Positions 44,051 to 54,602 are shown, counted from the first letter of the stretch. The stretch is DNA of 64,000 bases from Alphaproteobacteria bacterium (GCA_009693835.1 SHWM01000002.1:420-64419); one strand, 5' to 3'. Made by a program: numbers and translations. The notes: generated from the letters alone by a model not told the origin.

Positions 44051-44896
44051 CTATGGCCAGCCAGCGCCCGCCACCTTGACCGGTACGGTTTCAATACGCC
44101 CGGTGCGTGACTGCCTGCTGGTCACCGGGTGTGAATCCTTGGCGGTCGCGATGAACAGCGTCTTGCGGTCCGGACCACCGAGTGCGCAGGCAAAAGCCTG
44201 ATTTTCCACCTCTACCCGGTCTGTCACTTTGCCACCCTCAATCACCCGAAGGCAGGCGTTACTGATGGGCGAGGCGACCCAGATGCCACCTTCCGCATCC
44301 AGCGCGATACCGTCTGGAACCGCCTTTTCCATTTTCGCCCACAGCCGCCGGTTGCCGAGGCTGCCGTCCGCGGCAATATCGAACGCGGTCAGACAGGCGC
44401 CCATGGATTCCCCCACGATCAATGTCTTGCCGTCGGGCGTGATGACCGTGCCGTTGGGAAACTGAATCCCGTCGGCGGCCAGGCTTACCCTGCCATCCGG
44501 GGTGACCAGCAGGATTTCTGCATTTTTCCGTGGCGCGCGATTGATCAGATCAAAACCGAAATTCCCCACATAGGCGCGCCCCTGGCCGTCCACGACCATG
44601 TCATTGCAATCATAACTGGCCAGATGCGACATGTCGGCATGCTGCGACAGTTTACCATCATGCCCGCGCACCAGAAGTTTGCGGTCCAGCATGGATACGA
44701 TCAGCAGACGCCCATCCGGCAGCCAGCCCAAACCGGACGGACGGCCCTCCACCGTGGCGATGACTTCAGAGACGCCATTGAGATCGAGCGCAATGACTTG
44801 CGGTCCATGCATATCAGAAAACCATAGTCTTCCCTCATGCCATCGCGGCCCTTCCGGAAAACACAGCCCGTCCATCAATATTTTTGTATCAGGCAT
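44051..44896 (-). CDS. SMP-30/gluconolactonase/LRE-like lactonase (third paralog)
   Basis: CFPEGPRWHEGRLWFSDM, the same family as 34698/35571. The likely start is ATG 44896 with a GGAGAGGA RBS. Confidence 0.7.
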   Translation of the reverse strand: MPDTKILMDGLCFPEGPRWHEGRLWFSDMHGPQVIALDLNGVSEVIATVEGRPSGLGWLPDGRLLIVSMLDRKLLVRGHDGKLSQHADMSHLASYDCNDMVVDGQGRAYVGNFGFDLINRAPRKNAEILLVTPDGRVSLAADGIQFPNGTVITPDGKTLIVGESMGACLTAFDIAADGSLGNRRLWAKMEKAVPDGIALDAEGGIWVASPISNACLRVIEGGKVTDRVEVENQAFACALGGPDRKTLFIATAKDSHPVTSRQSRTGRIETVPVKVAGAGWP

Positions 44897-44946
44897 CGCA
44901 TCCTCTCCCGCCATTCATCGGTCCGCTACAATTTACAGGCCGCCCG

Positions 44947-46650
44947 CTAAAGATAGCAGAGCAACAGCGTTGCCGCCAGAAGCACCGCCACCCATAATAT
45001 TGTGATACGGACTGGCGGGGTTCGGGCCAGCGCCCCGGCCGGTCCGTGGAGATGATAGATAAGACCCGCGGCATTACTGGCGGCGGTTCTCGCCGCCCGC
45101 GCCATCTTGTACTGCACCGCCTCGCTCAACCCGGAGGCTTTGCGCATGACAAGCGGGATCAGACGCCGGTAGATCCAGTCAAAATCCAGATTGGTGGAAC
45201 GCAGTTCGGGCGGGTATATTCCTGTGCGCATCAACAGTGTGAACGCCAGCGCCGAAAACAGCAGTAACTGCATCTGGGTCATGACATGTTCCGCTGTATA
45301 CGGAATATAAGTCACCCCAAAGGGCAGCATCGCGTATAAAACATATGGGTAGACGCCGATAAAAATGCATAGGAACGCCAGAATTCCCATGGCAACCAGC
45401 ATGTTCAGGGGCGCTTCGCGGCATCGGATGCCGCTGTCATGGGCGAAGAAGGCGAAATAGGGGATTTTTATACCCGAATGGTGAAACACGCCTGCCGAAG
45501 CGAACAGCAGCACCAGCCAGACGAACCAGTGTCCCTGATCTGCGGCGGCCGCCAGTATCATTCCCTTGGAAACAAATCCCGCAAACAGGGGAAAGGCCGA
45601 AATCGACGCCGCCCCAACTAGACAGAAGCCGGTGGTCCAGGGCATGGACTTATAAAGGCCGCCAAGTTCCGACCCCCTGGCAGTTCCGGTGCGCAGCAGC
45701 ACGGCCCCCATGGTCATGAGGAGCAATCCCTTGAATAGAATATTATTGACGGCATGGGCGATGGCTCCATTGATTGCCATTTCGGTTCCCAGTCCGATGC
45801 CGACTACCATAAAGCCCAGCTGGTTATTCAGGCTGTAAGCCAGCACCCGGCGCAAATCATTCTCGATCACCGCATAAAATATCGGGAACGCTGTCATCAG
45901 CGCGCCGATGGGGATCAGCAGACTTTCCCCAGCAAATCCGCGCGCCAGGGCATAAATCGCCATTTTTGTGGTGAAGCTGCCCAGCACCACCGTGCCTGTG
46001 ACCGTCGCCTCGGGATAGGCGTCCTGCATCCAGTTGTGCAGTAGTGGAAAGGCGCATTTAATGCCAAAGCCCAGAAAAATGGTCCAAGAGGCCGGACTGT
46101 TTAGACTCATATGGGTAAATTCAACGGAGCCGGTTGTTCGCGCAATGAGCACCGCGCCGGACAACAGTAGAAGGCCCGAGATCATCTGAATCACCAGATA
46201 ACGCATGCCCGCAGAATAGGATCGTTCTGTGCGGCGCGCCCAGATCAGAACCACGGACGCAACGGCCGTCAGTTCCCAGAATACAAAGAGGCTGATCATA
46301 TCCCCTGCAAGGGTTGCACCAATGGCGGCCCCCGCCGTCATCAGCATGGCTATATGCTGCATGGTGTCGCGCACATGCAGCGAATAGAGTGCGACGACAA
46401 AGGCCGCCACAAGAAAGATTGTGGCGAAGACTAGGCTCAGGGCGTCAATACGCAATGTAATGATGTGATAGTCGAGGAAATTTATGACGCCTGCGTCACC
46501 GGTTGGGGAGGCGTAAAGTTGCCAAAGCCCGAGGACCGGAATAATCAGCAATAGAGCCTTTTGAGCCCGGTCGCAAAAAAATGGCAGCAGCAGCGCACCC
46601 GCGATGAAGATGGCCGCCGGAGTCATCCCCTCAATCATAATAGTGCTCAC
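44947..46650 (-). CDS. Mrp/Mnh antiporter-like NuoL/M/N-family subunit (MrpD-like, third copy)
   Basis: 567-aa polytopic protein with the complex I antiporter-like fold signature (conserved TM Lys/Glu positions in the MrpD family). Confidence 0.7.
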   Translation of the reverse strand: MSTIMIEGMTPAAIFIAGALLLPFFCDRAQKALLLIIPVLGLWQLYASPTGDAGVINFLDYHIITLRIDALSLVFATIFLVAAFVVALYSLHVRDTMQHIAMLMTAGAAIGATLAGDMISLFVFWELTAVASVVLIWARRTERSYSAGMRYLVIQMISGLLLLSGAVLIARTTGSVEFTHMSLNSPASWTIFLGFGIKCAFPLLHNWMQDAYPEATVTGTVVLGSFTTKMAIYALARGFAGESLLIPIGALMTAFPIFYAVIENDLRRVLAYSLNNQLGFMVVGIGLGTEMAINGAIAHAVNNILFKGLLLMTMGAVLLRTGTARGSELGGLYKSMPWTTGFCLVGAASISAFPLFAGFVSKGMILAAAADQGHWFVWLVLLFASAGVFHHSGIKIPYFAFFAHDSGIRCREAPLNMLVAMGILAFLCIFIGVYPYVLYAMLPFGVTYIPYTAEHVMTQMQLLLFSALAFTLLMRTGIYPPELRSTNLDFDWIYRRLIPLVMRKASGLSEAVQYKMARAARTAASNAAGLIYHLHGPAGALARTPPVRITILWVAVLLAATLLLCYL

Positions 46651-46891
46651 GCCGTATCAGCAGCTTTCGCAAGACCTTGGCCGCCAGAACCAGTCCCACA
46701 CAGGCGAGTAATCCGTACCAGGCAAAAAATCCGGGCCAGGCCTCAAAGAAAAAATGGCTCTCGCGAGGAACGAGGAGATCAAGCAGGGCAAAAAGCGCGC
46801 AGCCTGCATAGAGCGTATATACGATCCGGCGCACATTTGCGGGTTGATCCAGCCAGGCGAGCTCGTCTTTATTTTGTTCGGTGTGCTGCAA
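46631..46891 (-). CDS. small hydrophobic membrane protein between MrpD-like genes
   Basis: Only the C-terminal ~86 aa of track ORF 46631..47218 lie outside the upstream mrpD-like gene (LQHTEQNKDELAWL...RREHYYD). A TTG start just after the mrpD stop is the likely start. Boundaries are uncertain. Confidence 0.35.
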   Translation of the reverse strand: MQHTEQNKDELAWLDQPANVRRIVYTLYAGCALFALLDLLVPRESHFFFEAWPGFFAWYGLLACVGLVLAAKVLRKLLIRREHYYD

Positions 46892-46899
46892 GTTAAATC

Positions 46900-48414
46900 C
46901 TATGGACGAAGGGCGGGTAAAACAAAGCCCGCGATGGCAGGGCCCGCAAAATAAATCAGGACGGAGAGGGCGGCGGTGAGGCAGGCGGGCGCGACGCACC
47001 ATAGGGGTGCTTCCTGCAGGCCAGGTTTCCCGATCAGGGAGACCTCCTGGCCCTGCGGCTGCGGACGGTCTTCCTGGCCGGTGAGGGGCAGGAAGAAGCC
47101 GCGCGCCGCCAATGGAATGAGGTAGGCGATGCTTAACAGAGAAGCCAGAATCCATACCCCTATCATGACCAAATGTCCGGACTCTGCGGCCCCTATCATC
47201 AAAAACCATTTGCTCCATGCGCCGCCAGTGGGCGGAACACCGATAATGCTGAGGGATGCCAGCAAAAATGCGCCAAAGGTAAAGGGCATGACGCGGCCAA
47301 GTCCGCGCATATCACTTATTTTTGTCTTCCCGCTGGCCAGGTAGATGGCCCCCGCGCACATGAATAAAGTGATTTTGCCAAATGCATGGGCCACCAGTTG
47401 GACAATCCCCCCAACCATTCCCATGACGGATGCCAGCGACACCCCTAAAGTGACATAGGCCAATTGCGCAATCGTCGAATAGGCAAGGCGCAGTTTGAGA
47501 TCGTCTTTTCTGAGCGCCACGATGGTGGCGGCAATCAGGCTGAAAGCGGAGACCCACATCATCCATTCACCGACATTCATGGCGGACAGAAAGCTGGTGC
47601 CGAAGATGTAGACGCCGACTTTCAGCAGGGTGAAGACACCTGCCTTTACCACGGCCACCGCATGCAGAAACGCGCTGACAGGGGTTGGCGCCGCCATGGC
47701 GGCGGGCAACCACCGATGAAAGGGCATCAGGGCAGCCTTGCCTGTGCCAAAAAGATATAGCGCAAACAGTAAGGCTGCCTGTGGCCCCTCGATTTTGCCG
47801 GTGAGCATTCCGCCTTTCACGAAATCCAGTGTGCCAGTCAACGACCAGGTCCATATAATGGCAGGGAGCAGGAACAGAATGGAGGTACTTAGCAGCACGC
47901 CCAGATACACCCTGCCGGCATGGCGCGCCGCATCCGTCTCATAATGCACGACCAACGGATATGTCGATAGGGTCAGCAATTCGTAAAACAAAAACAGCGT
48001 GATCAGATTGCCTGCAAACGCCACTCCCATTGTGCAGGCCATGGCGATGGCAAAACAGATATAAAAGCGTGTCTGACGCGGCTCATCGTTTTTGCGCATA
48101 TAGCCAATGGAATAAACCGTAATCACCACCCACAAAACTGAGGCAAGCGTGGCGAACACCAGGCCTATCGGTTCAGTGAGCAGAAAAATCGGCAGACCCT
48201 GTACGAGGGGCGTGAGTTGTATCTGTGCACTTCCACCCGCCAGGTGATTAAGCAGCAGCGCCAAGACCATCGTGGACAGGGCTGTGGCCGCCAGAAGGCT
48301 GATGGCGTCACGAAGTACGGAAAAACGGTCCGCAGCCCCGATCAGGACAGCACCGATGCCAGGTAACAACAGGGTCAGTGCAAGGGCCAGCTCTGGTGTG
48401 AGGCCGTTCATCAT
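46900..48414 (-). CDS. Mrp/Mnh antiporter-like NuoL/M/N-family subunit (MrpD-like, second copy)
   Basis: The start at MMNGLTPEL overlaps the stop of the upstream gene in an ATGA arrangement. Confidence 0.7.
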   Translation of the reverse strand: MMNGLTPELALALTLLLPGIGAVLIGAADRFSVLRDAISLLAATALSTMVLALLLNHLAGGSAQIQLTPLVQGLPIFLLTEPIGLVFATLASVLWVVITVYSIGYMRKNDEPRQTRFYICFAIAMACTMGVAFAGNLITLFLFYELLTLSTYPLVVHYETDAARHAGRVYLGVLLSTSILFLLPAIIWTWSLTGTLDFVKGGMLTGKIEGPQAALLFALYLFGTGKAALMPFHRWLPAAMAAPTPVSAFLHAVAVVKAGVFTLLKVGVYIFGTSFLSAMNVGEWMMWVSAFSLIAATIVALRKDDLKLRLAYSTIAQLAYVTLGVSLASVMGMVGGIVQLVAHAFGKITLFMCAGAIYLASGKTKISDMRGLGRVMPFTFGAFLLASLSIIGVPPTGGAWSKWFLMIGAAESGHLVMIGVWILASLLSIAYLIPLAARGFFLPLTGQEDRPQPQGQEVSLIGKPGLQEAPLWCVAPACLTAALSVLIYFAGPAIAGFVLPALRP

Positions 48415-49919
48415 GGGCCCATATGCGCCGGCAATCCGGCATGCGGGGCCAAAAGGGCCTCGGCGGCGGCGCGTGCGGTGGAAACGGTAAGTTCTGAATT
48501 GATGCCCAGAGCCAGGCAACTGATCGTCAGTGCCCACAAGGGCGCCAGCATGCTGACCGGCGCCTCCGTGACTGCGCTGTTCTCGGGGGAAGGCTGTAAA
48601 TAGGCGGCCTCAATGACCCGCCCAAAATAAAACAGCGCCAGCAATGAGCCGGCAACAATGGCGAACGCCACTGGCCACCACCCCCGCTCCAGCGCCGCCA
48701 GGACAAGATACCATTTGCTGACAAAGCCGACGGTGGCGGGAACCCCTATCATGCTCAGTCCGCCGATGACGAACGCCGACATGGTCCATGGCATTTTTTG
48801 GCCCAGGCCGCGAAACGAGGCAACCGAGCATGAACCGGTTCTGTACACCACACATCCTACAGCCAGAAAAAGGGACGACTTCATTATTGCGTGATTGAAC
48901 ATATGGACCAGCGTCGCCGTCAGCCCGCCAATATTGGCAAAGCTGACCCCCAGCAGAAAATAGCCGGACTGTGCAATACTGGACCAGGCCAGAAGCCGTT
49001 TAACATCGGATTGGAACAGCGCGATGATTGATGCGACAAAAACCGCCGTCAACCCCAGCGGCAAAAATAAATAATGCAGGATCAGCGCCTCGAATGGCAG
49101 GTCCGGGCTGAAGACCGTGTAGAGCATCCGCAGTAGGGCGTACAGCGCCACCTTGGTGGAGGTTCCCGCCAGCAGCGCCGTTACGACAGAAGGTGCGTGG
49201 GTATAGGCATTGGGCAGCCATAAATGCAGGGGGAATATCGCCAGCTTCAGGCCAATCCCGACGATGATGAAAGCGAATCCCACATGCAGCGTGCCGCTGC
49301 CACTCATTCCGGCGATGCGCACGGCAATATCCGCCATATTCAATGTGCCCGTCAGCACATAGATAAAGCCAAGACCGATCACAAAGAAAGTAGCCCCGAT
49401 GGTGCCAAGCAGGAGATAGGTAAAGGCTGCGGTCAGTGCGCGCCGGTCGCTGCCCGCACCCATGGCGACCAGCACATAAGAGGAAAGCGAGAATATCTCC
49501 AAAAACACGAACAGGTTAAAGGCGTCACCCGTGCTGGTTACCCCCAGCATGCCAGAAAAACACAGCATCATCATCGTGTAGAAAAGCGGCTGGTCGCTGG
49601 ATTTGATTTCCCGCGGGATACTGTCGCGTCCATATATCATGCAGACGGCGCCGACCAGAGACACGATGATCAGCACGAAACTATTCGCCGCATCCAGACG
49701 GAACTCGATTCCCCAGGGAGGGGCCCAGCCACCAAGATGATAAGAAATGACCCCGGCGTTCAGCGCCTGTGCAAATAGAATGAACGACCCGGCCAGCGCG
49801 AATAATGTTGCCGCTGTTGCGATGAGCCAGGCGATGACAGGCCGTCTGGCAAATACGCATAGCGGCGCACACAGCATAGGCAACATGACTTGCAGGATGG
49901 CAAGATGCTGCCTTATCAT
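48411..49919 (-). CDS. Mrp/Mnh antiporter-like NuoL/M/N-family subunit (MrpD/MrpA-N-like, first copy)
   Basis: 502 aa, in the proton-pumping antiporter subunit family. Confidence 0.7.
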   Translation of the reverse strand: MIRQHLAILQVMLPMLCAPLCVFARRPVIAWLIATAATLFALAGSFILFAQALNAGVISYHLGGWAPPWGIEFRLDAANSFVLIIVSLVGAVCMIYGRDSIPREIKSSDQPLFYTMMMLCFSGMLGVTSTGDAFNLFVFLEIFSLSSYVLVAMGAGSDRRALTAAFTYLLLGTIGATFFVIGLGFIYVLTGTLNMADIAVRIAGMSGSGTLHVGFAFIIVGIGLKLAIFPLHLWLPNAYTHAPSVVTALLAGTSTKVALYALLRMLYTVFSPDLPFEALILHYLFLPLGLTAVFVASIIALFQSDVKRLLAWSSIAQSGYFLLGVSFANIGGLTATLVHMFNHAIMKSSLFLAVGCVVYRTGSCSVASFRGLGQKMPWTMSAFVIGGLSMIGVPATVGFVSKWYLVLAALERGWWPVAFAIVAGSLLALFYFGRVIEAAYLQPSPENSAVTEAPVSMLAPLWALTISCLALGINSELTVSTARAAAEALLAPHAGLPAHMGP

Positions 49920-50308
49920 TGCGCACGCGCATCCATTTGTTCCCGGGCGAGATCAAGGGCAAGGATTTCATCCTCTTCTATCGTGCCGTAGGCATATTTA
50001 ATCCGAACCACCAGGGCTAGTCCGATCGCGGTCGTCGCCACCCCCACCACGATAGCGGTAAGAATGAGCACATGAGGCAGCGGATTTGAAAAGATCTCGT
50101 GCCGGCCCGTCAGGATGGGCGCGGTGCCGCCCGTGACTTTTCCCATACTGATAAAAAGCATGAACACGGAAACCTGAAACAGGTTCAGCCCTATAATTTT
50201 TTTGATCAGATTGCCGCGCGACAGGACAATATAGATCCCGGAGGTCATTAGCAGAACCGAGGCCCAATAATTGAAGTGCCCGATACTGGAAGTGAAGGCG
50301 TTCACCAT
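49916..50308 (-). CDS. Mrp/Mnh subunit C (NuoK-like)
   Basis: MVNAFTSSIGHFNYWASVLLMTSGIYIVLSRGNLIKKIIGLNLFQ is a typical MnhC/NuoK. Internal start at 50308. Confidence 0.7.
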   Translation of the reverse strand: MVNAFTSSIGHFNYWASVLLMTSGIYIVLSRGNLIKKIIGLNLFQVSVFMLFISMGKVTGGTAPILTGRHEIFSNPLPHVLILTAIVVGVATTAIGLALVVRIKYAYGTIEEDEILALDLAREQMDARAQ

Positions 50309-50742
50309 TCGTCGTCCGTCAGCTCCCTGCTTTGATGCGCGGCAAAACACTGGTAAATCGCCAGCATGGTGGACGCCACCGCCATCCCGACGCCAAGTTC
50401 AACCAGGAATATTCCTGTGTGCTGACCCGCGATCGGGTCAGACGACAATCGACCGTAATCCAGAAACATACCGCCCGTCGCCACGCCGGCATAGCCAACA
50501 CCTATATACAGGCCCCAGCCCGCCGCCATTAGTTTTGTAACTGCCGAGAGCGGCGCGACGCGGCGTAATTCGTCCAGGCCGAAGACCAGGCCATAAAGAA
50601 TAAAGGCCGAGGCGAAGATTACCCCCGCCTGAAACCCGCCTCCCGGTCCGTAATCGCCATGAAACTGCACATAAAGCGCGAATAGCAAGATGGGCGGGAT
50701 CATTAGTTTTGCCGCCATCAGAAGAATGAGATGATGCTTCAC
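50302..50742 (-). CDS. Mrp/Mnh subunit B
   Basis: MnhB-like membrane protein, 146 aa. Confidence 0.65.
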   Translation of the reverse strand: MKHHLILLMAAKLMIPPILLFALYVQFHGDYGPGGGFQAGVIFASAFILYGLVFGLDELRRVAPLSAVTKLMAAGWGLYIGVGYAGVATGGMFLDYGRLSSDPIAGQHTGIFLVELGVGMAVASTMLAIYQCFAAHQSRELTDDEW

Positions 50743-51242
50743 TCATTCCCCCCTTGGTTTGCCAATTCGCGCCGGGGCCGCCCTCGCCGGAGCAGGAGAA
50801 GGACGCCCGCGCCTGCAGTAAAAATGACACCCGTTTCGCCGAGCGTATCGAACCCGCGGTAACTGGCCAGTATAGAGCTGACAATATTAGGGATACCGAT
50901 CTGTGTGCGCGTGCCGGTAATATATTCGGGCATGAGATGGATATGTGCGGGAGCGTTCGCGTCCCCATAGGCAGGCATGTCCGCCGTGCCGTAAAGCAGC
51001 ATTGCGGCCAGACCGGTCATGACCAGAAGCGGAATTGCGCGGCTTCCTGACGGCGGTTTCTCAATAGCCCCGGTCAGGGAGATCGCGCTAAGATATAGCA
51101 CTGTCGCAATGCCGGCGCCGACCGCTGCTTCTGTAAACGCCACATCCACCGCATCCATGCTCACAAACAGAGCGGCGCTTAACAGGCTGAAGGCTCCGCT
51201 CAGCATGACCACCGGAAACAAATTCTGTATACGGATAATCAT
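50739..51242 (-). CDS. DUF4040-type membrane protein (MrpA C-terminal / MbhD-like)
   Basis: 167 aa, hydrophobic, sitting where Mbh-type clusters carry the MrpA-C/DUF4040 piece. Confidence 0.55.
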   Translation of the reverse strand: MIIRIQNLFPVVMLSGAFSLLSAALFVSMDAVDVAFTEAAVGAGIATVLYLSAISLTGAIEKPPSGSRAIPLLVMTGLAAMLLYGTADMPAYGDANAPAHIHLMPEYITGTRTQIGIPNIVSSILASYRGFDTLGETGVIFTAGAGVLLLLRRGRPRRELANQGGNE

Positions 51243-51292
51243 TACTGCGACGGCAAGAAGAAACGTGAGCAGAGAAAAATTTACAAAATGTT

Positions 51293-51634
51293 CTATGACT
51301 GCTCTCCTCCGTTTTTCTCTGACGTTCTGTCCTGGGTGGTTGGCATATCAAGTTTTGCTGTAAAGGCCGCATTTATCAGGGCGTGGGTCGCGACAGGTGA
51401 GGTAAGGACAATAAAAAGCAGAATCAGAACCAGTTTCAACCCTGTCATCCCGATTCCGGCCTGCAGTAACAGGCCCGCTAAAAAAAAGCCGGCGCCCATG
51501 GCGTCTGCCAGGCCAGCCGCATGGAGCCGCGTGTAAAAATCCGGCAGGCGGATAACCCCTATTGCGCCAATCAGCAGAAATGCGCTGCCCGCCAAAATGA
51601 GGCACCAACTGGCAAAATCCACCAGGAACTGCAT
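51293..51634 (-). CDS. Mrp/Mnh subunit G
   Basis: MnhG-like, 113 aa (AIGVIRLPDFYTRLHAAG). Confidence 0.7.
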   Translation of the reverse strand: MQFLVDFASWCLILAGSAFLLIGAIGVIRLPDFYTRLHAAGLADAMGAGFFLAGLLLQAGIGMTGLKLVLILLFIVLTSPVATHALINAAFTAKLDMPTTQDRTSEKNGGEQS

Positions 51635-51635
51635 T

Positions 51636-51944
51636 TTATCCGGGTCTCCGCGCAGGTATCGTGGAAGAGGCGGGCGGGCGTGTCATTGGCTCTGTTATTT
51701 TATAGTAGCCGGCAAATTTTAGAATAGCGATGGTGCTGATAAAATTGATCATGGCGTAAGCGAGCGCGATGTCGAGAAAATCGGGACGCCCTGTCAGGAA
51801 GCCGAAAATGGCAATGAGCAAAATCACTTTCGTGCCAAACATATTTACGGCCAGCACCCTGTCATAGGTGCTCGGTCCGAGAAATAGCCGCACCAGCGCC
51901 AGGACCATTGCGCCGAGTACGCTGATGACGCCGGCGGCAAGCAT
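51636..51944 (-). CDS. Mrp/Mnh subunit F
   Basis: MnhF-like, ~102 aa. ATGA overlap with the mrpE stop. The track ORF 51636..52142 extends into mrpE out of frame. Confidence 0.65.
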   Translation of the reverse strand: MLAAGVISVLGAMVLALVRLFLGPSTYDRVLAVNMFGTKVILLIAIFGFLTGRPDFLDIALAYAMINFISTIAILKFAGYYKITEPMTRPPASSTIPARRPG

Positions 51945-51946
51945 AC

Positions 51947-52432
51947 TCACATACCCAATGCGGCGATTCGCGCATCCATTTCGCAGCTCTCCCGCCCCCA
52001 GCTGAAACCCTCGTGCAGGACATGAACGAGAATCTCCTGCCCCGATCCTGCTATCTCTACAGAAATTGTACCCGGGGTCAGGGTGATGCTGTTTGCGAAA
52101 ACGACGCGCCCCAGGTCTGTTTTCTGTGTCGCGGGCGCCCAAAAAAGTACCGGCCGGATCGGTAATTTGGGGTCAAGAATGATGCGGGCCACTTTAAGGT
52201 TACTGATGAAAATCTCCCGGGCCAGCCAGACGGCATATATGAGTGTGCGGTGCACGTCGGCGAAACGAGGCATATCGTCCGTGTGCAGGTTCATGCGCGC
52301 GGCCAGCCACGTTACCAGTGCGCAGGAAGCCAGGCCCAGCGATAGAAACGCAATATTGAGATGTCCTGACAGGATTATCCACAGGATGAAGAGCAGCAGG
52401 CCCAGGGAGAGTCGGCGCTGGTATGGCTTCAT
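51947..52432 (-). CDS. Mrp/Mnh subunit E
   Basis: MnhE-like (LLLFILWIILSG). Confidence 0.7.
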   Translation of the reverse strand: MKPYQRRLSLGLLLFILWIILSGHLNIAFLSLGLASCALVTWLAARMNLHTDDMPRFADVHRTLIYAVWLAREIFISNLKVARIILDPKLPIRPVLFWAPATQKTDLGRVVFANSITLTPGTISVEIAGSGQEILVHVLHEGFSWGRESCEMDARIAALGM

Positions 52433-52613
52433 ACGGTTGAACCCTGTGCCGATGCGAAAGACTGTCTGGACAGAAACAGGACAATCCCCATGCGAATCGT
52501 CGTTAAAATGACAATTCGAAAAAACATCAGCAAACTTGCCATAATATAAATCCGTGTTACGATTTTAAGCATGGTGAAGCGGACGACTTTACCAGGGGAA
52601 CGCTGATATTAAA

Positions 52614-53141
52614 ATGAATAATAACCAGGGCGGGGAAAAGGCCGCGGCTGTCCAGGAATTGACTGGCACGGTGAAGTGGTTTGATCCGGCAAAAGGATAT
52701 GGGTTCGTTGTGCCCGACGGCGGCGGCGGGGATGTGATGCTGCATCAATCCTGCCTGGCGCAGTCGGGTCTTGGCGGTGCTTACCAGGGGGCGATGATCC
52801 GTTGTGAAATCGCCCACTATCCCAAAGGCTGGCAGGTGGTGCGCGTGATTGAAATCGACAACGACACGGCGTTGGTGGATGCCGAGCGCCGCGCCACACG
52901 CACGCCATCCGAATTAGGGGAGACCGGTCCCGCAGGTGAATATCAGATAGCTGTTGTTAAATGGTTCAACCGCGCGCGCGGCTATGGCTTTGTCACCCTG
53001 GCGGGCAGTACGGCCGACATCTTCCTGCATATGGAAGCCCTGCGCCGCAGCGGCAGGGAATCAACCGAGCCTGGCCAGGCCCTGCATGTGCGTGTCGCCG
53101 CAGGTCCCAAAGGGCAGATGGTTTCCGAAGTGAAATCCTGA
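52614..53141 (+). CDS. cold-shock protein with two tandem cold-shock domains
   Basis: Two CSDs: [15 protein letters not shown] and [14 protein letters not shown]. Confidence 0.8.
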   Translation: MNNNQGGEKAAAVQELTGTVKWFDPAKGYGFVVPDGGGGDVMLHQSCLAQSGLGGAYQGAMIRCEIAHYPKGWQVVRVIEIDNDTALVDAERRATRTPSELGETGPAGEYQIAVVKWFNRARGYGFVTLAGSTADIFLHMEALRRSGRESTEPGQALHVRVAAGPKGQMVSEVKS

Positions 53142-53156
53142 CGGCGCGATTCATCC

Positions 53157-53624
53157 ATGGCCCGATATTCCGTTCCAGGAGGCTTGATCCGCGTCTTCAT
53201 TTTGCTGGCCTGCGCGCTGACGCCCGCCATGGCGCTGGCGCAGAAGCAGCAGCTGACTGTCAGAACAGCAAAAGGTGATCAGGCGTTTCAGGTGGAAATA
53301 GCCAATACGCCGCATAGCCGCGAGGTGGGATTGATGCTCCGCCGTGAACTCGCCGCGGATGCGGGCATGCTGTTTGATTTTTCGAAGAGTGAAAATGTCA
53401 GTATGTGGATGAAAGATACGCTCATTCCGCTCGACATGCTGTTCATCAGAGCGGACGGGAGTATTGTAAATATCACCGAGCGCACCGTTCCCGGTTCGCT
53501 GACGCCCATGGATTCACAGGGGCCGGTGCTTGGGGTGCTGGAAGTGAATGGCGGCACGAGCGCTAGGCTTGGCATCAGGCCTGGCGATAAAATCATCCAC
53601 CCGATATTTGGGACCGCGCCTTGA
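53157..53624 (+). CDS. DUF192 domain protein (secreted)
   Basis: Signal peptide plus a DUF192-like core (LMLRREL..., MWMKDTLIPLDMLF). Confidence 0.55.
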   Translation: MARYSVPGGLIRVFILLACALTPAMALAQKQQLTVRTAKGDQAFQVEIANTPHSREVGLMLRRELAADAGMLFDFSKSENVSMWMKDTLIPLDMLFIRADGSIVNITERTVPGSLTPMDSQGPVLGVLEVNGGTSARLGIRPGDKIIHPIFGTAP

Positions 53625-54091
53625 ACCAGAAATTTCTGCCAGAGGCGAGTTTGCCTTCCCGCCCGAATGCCGAAGCTTTCAGGGATCTGGGCTGGGAAAC
53701 CTATGCCGGCGTCAGCCCCTTCAGTGCGCCGCATGGGCAGATGTATCAGAAAATTTCTGGGGACGGAATTTGCTGGCGCGCCTTTTGCGCGGGCCGTGCG
53801 CATTGCAATTCAGCGGGCATCGTGCATGGCGGCATGATGGTGGCCTTCATGGATGCGCTTATGGGCTATGCGGTGGCTAACAGCACCCGGTCCCGCGCCC
53901 TGACCATTCGTCTGACGTCTGATTTTTTATCGATCGCCCGCCCGGGTGACTGGATCGTGGGGCAGAGTATGGTCACGCGGGTCACCCGCAGCGTGGTGTT
54001 TGTGGAAGGCATGGCCCATGCCGGCCAGCGCCCGCTTTTTAGCGCGCAGGGAATATTCAAACGCATGCGGGAACGGAACCGGCCTGCCTGA
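53621..54091 (+). CDS. PaaI-family hotdog-fold thioesterase
   Basis: GIVHGGMMVAFMDALMG motif. TTG start overlaps the upstream stop (TTGA); an internal ATG start is also possible. Confidence 0.55.
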   Translation: MNQKFLPEASLPSRPNAEAFRDLGWETYAGVSPFSAPHGQMYQKISGDGICWRAFCAGRAHCNSAGIVHGGMMVAFMDALMGYAVANSTRSRALTIRLTSDFLSIARPGDWIVGQSMVTRVTRSVVFVEGMAHAGQRPLFSAQGIFKRMRERNRPA

Positions 54092-54156
54092 GTAAAAGAG
54101 AGAGACAGTATCTAGACTCTTATCCGGTCAATTTGCGCCATTCGCCCCCACACCTA

Positions 54157-54246
54157 TCCCCTCCCCACGAGGGGGAGGGGAAGAGAACTCCTAAACTCTG
54201 AGGAAAAGCCTCTCCCCTTGATTGGGGGGGTTGGGGTGGGGTGAGC
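54157..54246. repeat. REP-like palindromes of the CCCCTCCCC/GGGGAGGGG family
   Basis: cccctcccc-acga-gggggagggg, then cctctcccc-ttgattg-ggggggttggggtgggg. Confidence 0.55.
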
Positions 54247-54302
54247 AGTTGCTTACGAACGATTCCATTATGTTGGATATCAGTCCGTTCATCGGCACGA
54301 CT

Positions 54303-54602
54303 TCAGTTACACACGCAGTTGGCGGCGAGGACCGGTGCGCCGTCGGGATCGCTGGCGTCGCCAATATCTTCGGGCTGGATCACCTGCACGAACTGATTAT
54401 TGGTTGCGCTATCCGCCAGCAGGATGGCTTCCGCCAGCGCCTCATCCGTTTCTTCCTCGCTGTCCGCGTCTCCCTCTTCCTGGATCGCATCGGTCTGGCT
54501 GGAAACATCGGTGACGTCATCCATGACCTGCTGCAACTCTATCTCTGGTGTATCATCCACAACCGGCGTTTCCTCGACCAGCGGCGGCGGCGGCAGTTCC
54601 AC
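54303..54602 (-). CDS. hypothetical low-complexity acidic protein
   Basis: 99 aa rich in D/E/P with high-GC3 codon usage. It overlaps the 5' end of the convergent plus-strand ORF, so one of the two boundaries is probably wrong. Confidence 0.3.
   Translation of the reverse strand: MELPPPPLVEETPVVDDTPEIELQQVMDDVTDVSSQTDAIQEEGDADSEEETDEALAEAILLADSATNNQFVQVIQPEDIGDASDPDGAPVLAANCVCN

Noticed and set aside
46631-47218. 195-aa ORF between the second and third mrpD-like genes taken at full length
   Set aside because: Its first ~110 residues overlap the 3' end of the upstream mrpD-like gene in another frame and are Arg/Pro-rich. Only the C-terminal ~86-aa hydrophobic segment is plausible, and even that is low confidence.
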